From IMG/VR virus record IMGVR_UViG_3300025759_000058: a DNA stretch of 64,000 nucleotides; one strand, given 5' to 3'. Source of the stretch: a virus. Below the pieces are notes generated by a model. The model was not told where the DNA came from. It saw only the letters and a program-made list of their open reading frames with translations, and searched no databases. Shown here one piece after another: positions 55,338 to 64,000 of the stretch. Made by a program: the position numbers and the translations under genes. The stretch's first letter is position 1; each line of letters starts with the position of its first letter.

Positions 55338-56102
55338 ATGGCAATTGATTTAGATGCAATCAAAGCTAAGCTTAACAAGCTGCAAACGACGACCACTCGT
55401 CAAAACAATTTATGGAAGCCTGAGCCAGGCAAGCAAACCGTTCGAATCGTTCCTTATCAACACGATCGTGCGAATCCATTCCAAGAACTTTATTTTCATT
55501 ACGACTTGGGCAAGAAGAATTACTTGTCGCCGGTGACTTATGGCAATGCAGATCCTGTAGTAGAATTTGCAGATAAACTTAAATCATCAGGTAACTCCGA
55601 CGAATGGAAGTTGGGTAAGAAGCTTGAACCGAAAATGCGTACATATGTACCTGTAATTGTTCGAGGACAAGAATCTGAAGGCGTCAAGTTTTGGGGATTC
55701 GGTAAGACAGTATACACTGAGTTGCTCGGATTTATCGCCGACCCGGACTATGGTGATATCACAGATCCAATGGGAGGTCGTGATATTGTAGTAGAGTTTA
55801 CGCCATCTGAAGCGAAAGGGTCATATCCTAAGACATCAATTCGCGTAAAGCCAAATACATCTCCTATTACAGAAGATAAGAATGTGGCTGAACGAATTGC
55901 TAATCAGCAACCAGATCTCAAGGTTATTTTTAAAGAGCCTTCGTATGACGATCTTAAGCAAGCATTAGAAAATTGGCTTAACCCAGAAGAAGGTGAGTCG
56001 ACAGATAGCGAACCTGCTACAACAACAAATGAAGCAACTCAGCCAGTGGCTAGTAAAGTCGATGATGTGAGTGCTGCATTTGATCAGTTATTCAACGACT
56101 AA
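55338..56102 (+). CDS. Single-stranded DNA-binding protein (T4 gp32-like)
   Basis: WKP..G...VRIVP, FHY, FWGFGK, YGDITDP..GRD, acidic tail ending FDQLFND. Confidence 0.85.
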   Translation: MAIDLDAIKAKLNKLQTTTTRQNNLWKPEPGKQTVRIVPYQHDRANPFQELYFHYDLGKKNYLSPVTYGNADPVVEFADKLKSSGNSDEWKLGKKLEPKMRTYVPVIVRGQESEGVKFWGFGKTVYTELLGFIADPDYGDITDPMGGRDIVVEFTPSEAKGSYPKTSIRVKPNTSPITEDKNVAERIANQQPDLKVIFKEPSYDDLKQALENWLNPEEGESTDSEPATTTNEATQPVASKVDDVSAAFDQLFND

Positions 56103-56114
56103 TAGGAGTTACAT

Positions 56115-57254
56115 ATGTCTAAATCGAAAAGCGCTCTAGCAGACGACTTAGCCTCAACAGTAGGCGATGATCTTAATAAGAAATTTAAAGGTACTGGTTT
56201 TCAAACCGCATTCTTTCTCGATCGGGATACTGCATCTCCATCCGAAGTCCGCGGCTGGGTAGAAACTGGCTCGTCTATGCTAGACTTAGCAATTTCGAAT
56301 AGACCCAAAGGCGGCTTTCCAGTAGGACGTATAACAGAAATCACAGGACTTGAGGCATCAGGTAAATCATTATTGGCAGCACATGCATTGGCAAACACTC
56401 AACAACAAGGAGGTTTGGCAGTATATATCGATACAGAGAATGCTGTTAGTAGAGAATTTCTTGAAGCAATCGGCTTAGATTTATCTAAAATGTTATATGT
56501 TCCTCTGGAAACTGTCGAGGATATATTTGAAGCGGTAGAGAGCATAACAGAATCCGTCCGTAAATCAAACAAAGATAAGCTAGTGACAATTGTTGTCGAC
56601 TCTATTATGGGTGCTTCGACAAAAATTGAAATGGCTAAAGAATTTGATAAAGACGGGTATGCGACGGCAAAAGCAATCATTCTATCAAAAGGTATGCGTA
56701 AGCTTACTAACATGATCGGACGTGAGCGCATTTGTTTGATCTTTACAAATCAGTTACGTACACGCTTAGGCGTTGCGTTTGGTGATCCTTATACTACCTC
56801 TGGTGGTAAAGCAATTCCGTTCCACGCCTCGGTACGGTTACGTTTAAAATCAGTTGGGCAGATTAAAATGAAGAAGGATGGCGTAGATCAGGTCATCGGA
56901 ATCAAAACAAGAGCTCAAGTGATTAAAAATAGAATGGGGCCGCCTCTTAAATCAATTGACTATGATATCTATTTTGAATCTGGTATTGATAATTACGGAG
57001 GTTGGCTTAATGTTATGAAAGATTATAAGCTTGTGTCTCAGGCAGGTGCATGGTATACATATACAGCTAATGATGGTTCTGAAATTAAATTTCAAAGTAA
57101 AGATTTTGAAAAGAAAATGACAGAAGACCCGGAATTGAAGTCTGAAGTGTATTCACGCATTTGCGAAGCGTATATTCTAAGATATAAACCAGGCGAGGAT
57201 ATCGGGATTGATGATATCGAAATTGATGATGAATTTGTTAATGAAGAAGGTTAA
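56115..57254 (+). CDS. recA: RecA/UvsX recombinase
   Basis: GRITEITGLEASGKS, YIDTE, IVVDS, FTNQLR, TSGGKAIPFHASVRLRL, KNR. Confidence 0.93.
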   Translation: MSKSKSALADDLASTVGDDLNKKFKGTGFQTAFFLDRDTASPSEVRGWVETGSSMLDLAISNRPKGGFPVGRITEITGLEASGKSLLAAHALANTQQQGGLAVYIDTENAVSREFLEAIGLDLSKMLYVPLETVEDIFEAVESITESVRKSNKDKLVTIVVDSIMGASTKIEMAKEFDKDGYATAKAIILSKGMRKLTNMIGRERICLIFTNQLRTRLGVAFGDPYTTSGGKAIPFHASVRLRLKSVGQIKMKKDGVDQVIGIKTRAQVIKNRMGPPLKSIDYDIYFESGIDNYGGWLNVMKDYKLVSQAGAWYTYTANDGSEIKFQSKDFEKKMTEDPELKSEVYSRICEAYILRYKPGEDIGIDDIEIDDEFVNEEG

Positions 57255-58303
57255 TGAATAAGCGTTATTTAGATATCTTACGAGAAGTAGAAAAAGAACA
57301 CGAACAAGGCAAGGGGTCGAGTAGAGACAGCCATCTTTTAATTATCGACGGACTGAATACATTTATACGAGTGTTTTCAGCCGTACCTGCCTTGAACGAT
57401 GATGGAGATCATATTGGCGGCGTGACGGGCTTTTTAAGGTCCGTCGCGTCCGTCATCCGTCAACATAAACCTACCAGATGTATTATCACATTTGACGGCA
57501 AGGGTGGTTCTAGACGTAGAAAAGATTTATATCCTGACTACAAGGCAAATAGGGCAAATAAGACCGCTTTTAACCGTCATAGTGAATTCGCATCATTGGC
57601 TGATGAACAAGAATCAATGAAGCAACAATACGGACGTTTAATTCAGTATTTGCAGTGTTTGCCGGTATCATTATTGGCAGTTGATAATATTGAAGCTGAT
57701 GATGCAATTGCATACATAGCAAATGAATTATATACGGCAGATGATGAACGTGTAACTATATGTTCAACGGACAGAGACTTTTTACAGTTGGTAAATAATA
57801 GAATATCAGTTTGGAGTCCTATTAAAAAGAAGATGTACACACCAGAGTTAATGAGAGAGGAGTTTGGATTTGCTCCGGAAAATTATCTCTTGTATAGAGC
57901 GTTTACAGGTGATAAATCAGATAACATACCAGGGGTACAAGGCGTTGGTGCAAAAAGTTTGCTGAAATACTTTCCTATGTTTATTGATAATAGAGAATTG
58001 ACGATTAATGAAATTGTAGATTATGCATCGAATGCGGAAAAGTCATATAAAGTGTATGATAGAGTTAAAGAAGGGCAAACTGATCTAGAACGTAATTATA
58101 AGTTAATGCAGTTAAAAGAAGTTGATATAGATGGTAGGTCAAAGGCTATTATACGAGATACTGCATATGGTGATATTAATCGCATGAATATCTTAGAATT
58201 CAAAAAAATGTTCATGGTTGATAAAATGTATACGGTTATTAAAGACTTAGATAGCTGGTTATCAAAATCATTCAATACATTAAATTCATACTCATCTCTT
58301 TGA
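57254..58303 (+). CDS. 5'-3' exonuclease/RNase H (flap nuclease family)
   Basis: IIDGLN, FDGKGG..RR...YK.NR, EADDAIA, STDRDFLQL, GDKSDNIPGV.GVG.K. Confidence 0.9.
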   Translation: MNKRYLDILREVEKEHEQGKGSSRDSHLLIIDGLNTFIRVFSAVPALNDDGDHIGGVTGFLRSVASVIRQHKPTRCIITFDGKGGSRRRKDLYPDYKANRANKTAFNRHSEFASLADEQESMKQQYGRLIQYLQCLPVSLLAVDNIEADDAIAYIANELYTADDERVTICSTDRDFLQLVNNRISVWSPIKKKMYTPELMREEFGFAPENYLLYRAFTGDKSDNIPGVQGVGAKSLLKYFPMFIDNRELTINEIVDYASNAEKSYKVYDRVKEGQTDLERNYKLMQLKEVDIDGRSKAIIRDTAYGDINRMNILEFKKMFMVDKMYTVIKDLDSWLSKSFNTLNSYSSL

Positions 58304-58329
58304 TTTTAAAAATAGTTTACTTATAATTA
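58299..58329 (+). promoter_or_regulatory. Bacteroidota-type promoter, near-leaderless
   Basis: TTTG-N19-TATAATTA with helicase ATG 4 nt downstream. Confidence 0.6.
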
Positions 58330-58333
58330 GAGT

Positions 58334-59689
58334 ATGACGGATAGATTGAGCTCATACGGTTATAATTTTCAGATTAAGGTTATAACTGCATTATTAACAG
58401 ATAAGACATTTCTTCAACAGATATCAGATATACTATCACCTTCGTACTTTGAAAGTGAAGCTAACAATTGGCTCATTGATCAAATTCTTCAATACAACGA
58501 AGAATATAAAGGGTCGCCGACATTAGAAGTACTTAAGGTAAAGTTAGATGATGTCGACCATGATGTGCTTAAAACGCAAATTGTACAGCATCTTAAGGAT
58601 GCATGGAAATATACTGAGTCGACAGATTTAGAGTTTATTAAACAACAAGCCTTAGATTTTTGTAAAAATCAAGAAATCAAAAAAGCTATATTAAGTTCAG
58701 TAGAATTACTTAAGTCTGGCAAATATGAAGAGATCAAAGCAAGAGTTGATGATGCATTAAAGGCTGGCGCTGATAAAGACATTGGCCATGAATACATGAC
58801 GAATATAGAAGAACGGTATTCAGATGCAGTACGATTTGTACAGGAAACGCCATGGGAAGTAATTAATGAATTAACAGATGGCGGATTGGGTAAGGGTGAG
58901 TTAGGTGTTATGGTTGCACCTGCAGGTATTGGTAAGTCATGGGCATTAATGAATATTGGAGCTCATGCTATAAAGACAGGTAAGACAGTATTACATTATA
59001 CACTAGAGCTTAATCAAGCGTATGTAGGACTTCGTTATGATTCTGTTATAACAGGTATCGCTAATCAGAACCTAAAACATTATCAGGAAGAAGTAAAAGA
59101 ACAGTTGTCAAAGATTGAAGGCGATTTGATTATTAAATACTTTCCTACAAAGACCGTATCCGTAATGGGGCTGCGAGCGCATATTGAAAAATGTATCATG
59201 CAAGGCAAAAAGCCAGATGTTATTATTGTAGATTATGCGGATCTGCTACGAGGCCATGGCCAAGAAAAACGTCACGAACTTGAAGGCATATATGAAGACC
59301 TAAGAGGTTTGGCCGGTGATTATGAAATACCTGTATGGACAGCATCTCAAGCTAATCGATCGGCACTTGAAGAGGATGTCATTGATGCTAGTAAAGTTGC
59401 CGAATCGTACGGTAAGGTGATGGTAGCTGACTTTATTATTTCCTTATCCAGGAAGGTACAAGATAAATTGGCAGGTACTGGTAGATGGCATATTATCAAA
59501 AATCGTTTTGGCCCTGATGGTATTACATTGCCAAGTAAGATGAATACGTCGAATGGTCAATTTAACATTTATACAGATACATCTGTGGATGGTAAAAATA
59601 CAAAAAAGCAAATGGAAAATGGAAATGAACTAGCTCGTAAGATGTTAGCAGCTAAATTCCAAGAAATAAACAATGACGGTTTTGAGTAA
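58334..59689 (+). CDS. Replicative DnaB-like helicase (T4 gp41-like)
   Basis: APAGIGKS, TLEL, IIVDYADL, WTASQANR, KNRFG. Confidence 0.92.
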   Translation: MTDRLSSYGYNFQIKVITALLTDKTFLQQISDILSPSYFESEANNWLIDQILQYNEEYKGSPTLEVLKVKLDDVDHDVLKTQIVQHLKDAWKYTESTDLEFIKQQALDFCKNQEIKKAILSSVELLKSGKYEEIKARVDDALKAGADKDIGHEYMTNIEERYSDAVRFVQETPWEVINELTDGGLGKGELGVMVAPAGIGKSWALMNIGAHAIKTGKTVLHYTLELNQAYVGLRYDSVITGIANQNLKHYQEEVKEQLSKIEGDLIIKYFPTKTVSVMGLRAHIEKCIMQGKKPDVIIVDYADLLRGHGQEKRHELEGIYEDLRGLAGDYEIPVWTASQANRSALEEDVIDASKVAESYGKVMVADFIISLSRKVQDKLAGTGRWHIIKNRFGPDGITLPSKMNTSNGQFNIYTDTSVDGKNTKKQMENGNELARKMLAAKFQEINNDGFE

Positions 59690-59814
59690 AAAATACGTAC
59701 TTTTTGTATCAAAAGTAATGGGTTACTGGCATTCGATGTATATTTAATAATGCAAATACGTTGTTTTGTTGTAACCTACGGGTTACATGTTTACTCTTAA
59801 AAAGGACATAAATT

Positions 59815-61671
59815 ATGGATGTTTCAAACAGAATTTTATCGGACATTACAGTCCATATGAAGTATGCCAAGTATAATGATGACTTGGAGCGTCGCGAGAC
59901 GTGGGAAGAATTAGTTACACGTAACAAAGAAATGCATATTAAAAAGTATCCTGCATTACGTGATGAAATTGAAAATGTATATAAGTACGTATATGATAAG
60001 AAAATTTTACCATCAATGCGTAGTTTGCAGTTCGGAGGTCGTCCGATAGAAATTTCTCCTAATAGGATTTATAACTGCGCGTATTTGCCAATTGATGATT
60101 GGAGAGCATTCGGCGAAACAATGTTTTTATTGTTAGGAGGTACAGGCGTAGGATATTCTGTACAAAGACATCATGTAGAATCTTTGCCAGAAATTCGTAA
60201 ACCAAATGCTGATCGTCGTCGTAGATTTTTAATTGCAGATTCAATTGAAGGATGGGCAGATGCAGTAAAGGCATTAATGAAATCATATTTTTACGGCGGC
60301 TCAAAGTTAAAGTTCGACTTTTCAGATATTAGACCAAAAGGTGCTCGTCTAGTTACATCAGGCGGAAAGGCTCCGGGCGCACAGCCACTTAAAGAATGTT
60401 TAGTAAAAATTGAAGGCATCTTGAATGAAAAAGCAGATGGTGATAAATTATCGCCAATTGAAACGCATGATATAGTATGCCATATTGCAGATGCAGTGCT
60501 CGCCGGCGGTATTCGTAGAGCTGCTCTTATTTCTTTGTTTTCGGCAGACGACGATGAGATGATTGCATGTAAGTCAGGAGATTGGTGGGAACATAATCCA
60601 CAGCGCGGTCGTGCAAATAACTCCGCGGTATTGTTACGTCATCGCATTACAAAAGACTTCTTTATGGATTTATGGAAGCGTGTAGAGTTATCTGGCGCCG
60701 GCGAACCTGGAATTTATTTTTCTAATGATAAAGATTGGGGAACTAATCCATGTTGCGAAATTGCATTGAGACCATTTCAATTCTGTAACTTATGTGAAGT
60801 AAATGTATCAAACATTGATTCACAGGATGACTTTGATGCTAGAGTAAAGGCTGCAGCATTTATAGGTACGTTACAAGCAGGATATACAGATTTCCATTAC
60901 TTACGTCCAGTATGGCAACGTACGACAGAAAAGGATGCATTGATAGGCGTTTCAATGACAGGAATAGGATCTGGTACGGTATTAGGATATGATATGAAGA
61001 CTGCTGCTCGCGTTGTTAAAAAAGAAAATGCTCGGGTTGCTGAACTTATTGGTATCAATCGTTCATCTCGTTGTACAACAGTTAAGCCTGCAGGAACTAC
61101 ATCATTAACATTAGGAACGTCGTCAGGTATCCATGCATGGCATAATGATTACTATATTAGACGTGTTCGTGTTGGTAAGAACGAAGCAATTTATAATTAC
61201 TTAATGGAACATCATCAAGAATTGATTGAGGATGAATACTTCCGGCCACATGATACTGCAGTTATTAGTATTCCACAAAAAGCTCCAGAAGGTGCAATTA
61301 TGAGAACAGAGTCTCCATTCCAATTATTAGAGCGTGTTAAGCGTGTTACTCAAGAATGGATTCGTCCAGGACATAGAACAGGCGCAAATACACATAACGT
61401 ATCTGCAACAATTTCATTAAGAGAACATGAATGGGAAGCAGCAGGCGAATGGATGTGGGATAACAAAGAATTTTATAACGGCTTATCCGTACTTCCATAT
61501 GATGGGGGAACATATACACAAGCACCGTTCGAAGATATAACAAAAGAAAAATTTGATCAACTAATGGTATCATTGAATGATGTAGATTTGACACGTGTTA
61601 TTGAAACGGAAGATATGACAGATCTATCCGGCGAATTAGCATGTGCAGGCGGATCGTGTGAAGTTGTATAA
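59815..61671 (+). CDS. nrdJ: Class II (adenosylcobalamin-dependent) ribonucleotide reductase
   Basis: RRETW, PSMR, NC, GGTGVG, TNPCCEI, CNL, TVKPAGT, C-terminal ELACAGGSCEV; no beta-subunit gene adjacent. Confidence 0.88.
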   Translation: MDVSNRILSDITVHMKYAKYNDDLERRETWEELVTRNKEMHIKKYPALRDEIENVYKYVYDKKILPSMRSLQFGGRPIEISPNRIYNCAYLPIDDWRAFGETMFLLLGGTGVGYSVQRHHVESLPEIRKPNADRRRRFLIADSIEGWADAVKALMKSYFYGGSKLKFDFSDIRPKGARLVTSGGKAPGAQPLKECLVKIEGILNEKADGDKLSPIETHDIVCHIADAVLAGGIRRAALISLFSADDDEMIACKSGDWWEHNPQRGRANNSAVLLRHRITKDFFMDLWKRVELSGAGEPGIYFSNDKDWGTNPCCEIALRPFQFCNLCEVNVSNIDSQDDFDARVKAAAFIGTLQAGYTDFHYLRPVWQRTTEKDALIGVSMTGIGSGTVLGYDMKTAARVVKKENARVAELIGINRSSRCTTVKPAGTTSLTLGTSSGIHAWHNDYYIRRVRVGKNEAIYNYLMEHHQELIEDEYFRPHDTAVISIPQKAPEGAIMRTESPFQLLERVKRVTQEWIRPGHRTGANTHNVSATISLREHEWEAAGEWMWDNKEFYNGLSVLPYDGGTYTQAPFEDITKEKFDQLMVSLNDVDLTRVIETEDMTDLSGELACAGGSCEVV

Positions 61672-61677
61672 TTGAAT

Positions 61678-61845
61678 ATGAATTCTAGATATTTAGGTCC
61701 TTATTACGTAGTCGGTGACAATATCAACGAAGCGTTTACATACAAAAAAAATGTATCTAAACGTTTCGGTGTCACTGGCTCGTATAAGGAAATGCAAAAA
61801 AAGTTAGCAAAACGTGGACTTATACTAAGTAGGGAGAAACAATGA
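61678..61845 (+). CDS. 55-aa basic small protein not in the ORF track
   Basis: Open frame MNSRYLGPYYVVG...REKQ immediately after nrdJ. Confidence 0.45.
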   Translation: MNSRYLGPYYVVGDNINEAFTYKKNVSKRFGVTGSYKEMQKKLAKRGLILSREKQ

Positions 61846-61908
61846 CAGATTGGATATATGATCTATATGTTCAGGAATATTTATTGAAAACGAATAAAGA
61901 GAGTAGCC

Positions 61909-62544
61909 ATGAACTTAATGCATCTAACGCCGAACAATCTAAATCCCGAAGCAAATTATACAAATCCAACGGGATTGGTAGATATTTTAATTGACGAAAA
62001 TAGTGTCAATTTATTCGATCAGAATGGGTATCACCTTACGAAAGCCGAACAAGCATTTCTGTCATTTAACGGTTATCAGATGATTGAACGGCGTCATGAG
62101 GATTGTTTACGGCAAGACTGGTTGGTATGGAATAAGCGATCTGGCGCACATATTAATCATTCAGATATGTTTGAACGTAAAGGTTTTACGGATGAAGCAT
62201 TAGACCAACTGTATCATTATGCTAAAGATAATCCAATGTTATATAAGCTCATTAAAATGAAACCTAAATGGGGTATAGATATTTCAATTGATTATGTTTC
62301 AGAGGATGCGGTGTTTGAAGTGTTTCATTACGAATGGGATGCATTCGAATGGGAGTTAGTGGAAGCAAAAAAATCAGAAATTGAAACATTTGTGTTGAAT
62401 CAAGATTGGGATGATGTTGCAAAAACGTTATGGTCTAAAAAAGATGAATGGTATGATTTAGACTTCTTTGAACAGACTAAATGGCGTACAGATTATTTTG
62501 GATTATCGCCAGAAAAATTTAAAAATGTAATTTGGGAAAACTAA
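61909..62544 (+). CDS. Hypothetical protein
   Basis: Aromatic-rich (FDQNGY, PKWGIDISIDY, HYEWD); late motif at 61877. Confidence 0.55.
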   Translation: MNLMHLTPNNLNPEANYTNPTGLVDILIDENSVNLFDQNGYHLTKAEQAFLSFNGYQMIERRHEDCLRQDWLVWNKRSGAHINHSDMFERKGFTDEALDQLYHYAKDNPMLYKLIKMKPKWGIDISIDYVSEDAVFEVFHYEWDAFEWELVEAKKSEIETFVLNQDWDDVAKTLWSKKDEWYDLDFFEQTKWRTDYFGLSPEKFKNVIWEN

Positions 62545-63020
62545 TGAAGTTGACGAAAATTGTTAAGGATATAGTTTTAGAAGGTAAATTGTCAGATTAC
62601 GGTGATAATAACACGCCGGCCGCATTAAAGAAAGAAAAAGAGGTAGCTGATAAAAATGTTAAGCCAGAAGATGCTATTGCGGATTTAGATTTAAATACAT
62701 TAAATAGAAATCATACGATAAAAGAATATCGTTACGGACCAATGAATCCAGACGATGAAAATGGCGCTCAAAAATTCTGGGAAGATAAAGCAGCGATGTG
62801 GGATACGACAGTAGAACATGCAAAAACGTCTAGATGTTCAAACTGTGCTGCATTTGACAAAACTCCAGCAACTTTAAAGAAAATAGCAGATGCAATTGGC
62901 GAAGATGGAAAAAAAGTTACTGAGCAAGCAGACTTAGGTTTTTGCGAATTGTTTTGGTTTAAATGTGCTGGAGCACGTACATGTGATGCGTGGATTGGCG
63001 GCGGACCTATTACCAAATAA
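62544..63020 (+). CDS. Cys-motif (HiPIP-like) protein with leader (start probably 62544)
   Basis: MKLTKIVKDIVLE leader; CSNCAAF...GFCELF.FKC....TCDAW; TAATG coupling. Confidence 0.55.
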   Translation: MKLTKIVKDIVLEGKLSDYGDNNTPAALKKEKEVADKNVKPEDAIADLDLNTLNRNHTIKEYRYGPMNPDDENGAQKFWEDKAAMWDTTVEHAKTSRCSNCAAFDKTPATLKKIADAIGEDGKKVTEQADLGFCELFWFKCAGARTCDAWIGGGPITK

Positions 63021-63036
63021 AAAAGTTTAAACATTT

Positions 63037-63068
63037 CTTGTTTTTTTAAATCTTTTACCTTATCTTTA
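63037..63068 (+). promoter_or_regulatory. Bacteroidota-type promoter variant, near-leaderless
   Basis: CTTG-N20-TATCTTTA with ATG 3 nt downstream. Confidence 0.55.
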
Positions 63069-63071
63069 AGT

Positions 63072-63215
63072 ATGGGAAAGTTGAAAGAACAATTATTGAT
63101 GCATGACACACGAGGTGAGTATGCAAATGATGAGTATCTAGACGATGAATATTGGTACGAACAGTATTCAAAAAAATACAAAAAAGAGTTGCTCAAATTT
63201 GAGCTTTTGGATTAA
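63072..63215 (+). CDS. 47-aa small protein not in the ORF track (MGKLKEQLLM...ELLD)
   Basis: Open frame directly after a promoter motif. Confidence 0.5.
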   Translation: MGKLKEQLLMHDTRGEYANDEYLDDEYWYEQYSKKYKKELLKFELLD

Positions 63216-63231
63216 GTTTCTTATATTTATA
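63198..63231 (+). promoter_or_regulatory. Composite host-type/late promoter for the 63251-queD unit
   Basis: TTTG 63198-63201, N20, TATATTTA 63222-63229, overlapping ATATTTATA. Confidence 0.6.
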
Positions 63232-63250
63232 TAAACAAAACAAAGTTATT

Positions 63251-63547
63251 ATGTTTAAATTCAAAGATGTTGATGTCACGTTTGACATGCGCAAGTTGCC
63301 TAAGTATGATCAAGAGTATCTGAAGACTATGGCATATGAAATGGTCCAGTCTCCGTCATTTTTGCATTCTGGAAAATCATTCAATCAAAAGTATCCAGGT
63401 GCTACAAATTTTACATATTTTGATAACTTTAATAAAATGGCAACCGCAATGTCAGAGTTTAACGATGGTTGGCATTATTATGTATCTCATCTGCTCCATG
63501 GACGCAAGTATTGGTTAGCATGGACATTTCGTAGTAAGGAAAATTAA
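63251..63547 (+). CDS. Hypothetical protein
   Basis: ORF after a promoter; TAATG-coupled to queD. Confidence 0.55.
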   Translation: MFKFKDVDVTFDMRKLPKYDQEYLKTMAYEMVQSPSFLHSGKSFNQKYPGATNFTYFDNFNKMATAMSEFNDGWHYYVSHLLHGRKYWLAWTFRSKEN

Positions 63548-64000
63548 TGAAATTTCAATCTTCTAAATTATTTGACGGTTACTCAACCGTATTTCGACAA
63601 TGGCGTGCTACAGGGACTCATTGTAAGTTTTTACATGGCTATGCGATATCGTTTCGCGTATGGTTTGAAGGTGAGTTAGATGAACGTAACTGGGTCTGGG
63701 ATTTCGGTGGAATGAAACGCGCCCAAACAAAGATTGAAGGCGTAGAAGATGCGCATGGCCGTAAGGTAATGCCTCTAACACCTAAAGAATATTTTTCTTG
63801 GTTACTTGATCATACCGTAGTCGTAGCCGAAGATGATCCATTTTTAGAAGAATTCAAAAAAATGGATATTCAGGGTATAATTCAATTAAGAGTCTTGCCG
63901 GCAACAGGATGTGAACGATTTGCTGAGTATTTATTTAATCAGATAGATCAATTTTTGCAAATAGAAACCGACGGACGAGTTAGCGTCGCTAAAGTAGAGG
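63547..64000 (+). CDS. queD: 6-carboxytetrahydropterin synthase (QueD/PTPS), 3' truncated
   Basis: MKFQSSKLFDGYSTVFRQWRA..THCKFLHGY.....F...LDERNWVWDFGG...LDH...GCERFAEY; absent from the ORF track because it runs off the window. Confidence 0.88.
   Translation, partial: MKFQSSKLFDGYSTVFRQWRATGTHCKFLHGYAISFRVWFEGELDERNWVWDFGGMKRAQTKIEGVEDAHGRKVMPLTPKEYFSWLLDHTVVVAEDDPFLEEFKKMDIQGIIQLRVLPATGCERFAEYLFNQIDQFLQIETDGRVSVAKVE

Larger units (their letters stand above)
1808..63231 (+). promoter_or_regulatory. Dispersed putative late-promoter motif ATATTTAT[AT] (about 20 copies)
   Basis: Copies start at 1808, 5436, 7789, 10137, 13537, 15474, 23001, 24105, 27521, 28216, 29127, 36933, 39476, 39807, 41962, 42547, 43185, 44276, 52799, 54366, 61877 and 63223, each shortly upstream of a + strand start codon. 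Confidence 0.8.

Noticed and set aside
1808-63231. T4-type late promoters TATAAATA on the minus strand
   Set aside because: The motif is consistently placed just upstream of + strand starts and there are no credible minus-strand genes, so the + orientation is the more parsimonious reading.
1-64000. Stop-codon reassignment, introns or inteins, tRNA genes
   Set aside because: Core genes are full length under the standard code with high coding density; terminase, helicase, RecA and RNR have normal sizes; and no tRNA-like sequence with T-loop/D-loop consensus was seen.

Overview
The window is 64 kb of an AT-rich, large T4-like myovirus (tailed dsDNA phage), with essentially all real genes on the + strand. 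Gene order: LamG, fibre and beta-helix adhesin genes (1-7.7 kb); putative head-internal proteins, terminase, portal and prohead protease; an inserted membrane/lysis cassette carrying a complete phage two-component system (PAS histidine kinase plus stand-alone receiver); ribosomal protein bS21; scaffold, major capsid and PhoH; fibre/decoration genes; neck, sheath, tube, tape measure and baseplate; then a replication block (atypical short PolA, gp32-like SSB, RecA/UvsX, RNase H/flap nuclease, DnaB-like helicase, class II RNR) ending in a truncated queD. A Bacteroidota host is inferred from TTTG-N19/20-TAnnTTTA promoters, D-[ST]-hydrophobic O-glycosylation sequons in exported proteins and bS21 among the structural genes. 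Most interesting observations: (1) the two-component system co-transcribed with holin/spanin-like genes; (2) a possible bS21-driven switch from near-leaderless early mRNAs to Shine-Dalgarno-led late mRNAs; (3) two promoter classes, including about 20 copies of ATATTTAT[AT]; (4) three structured RNA leaders in front of virion genes; (5) a family of proteins with prohead-protease-type leaders, including enzymes; (6) a pervasive [ST]-[GAS]-S motif in outer virion proteins; (7) a +1/-2 frameshift in the gp26/gp51-like chaperone; (8) a thumb-reduced PolA with an altered steric gate. All calls come from reading motifs by eye; no database searches were run.
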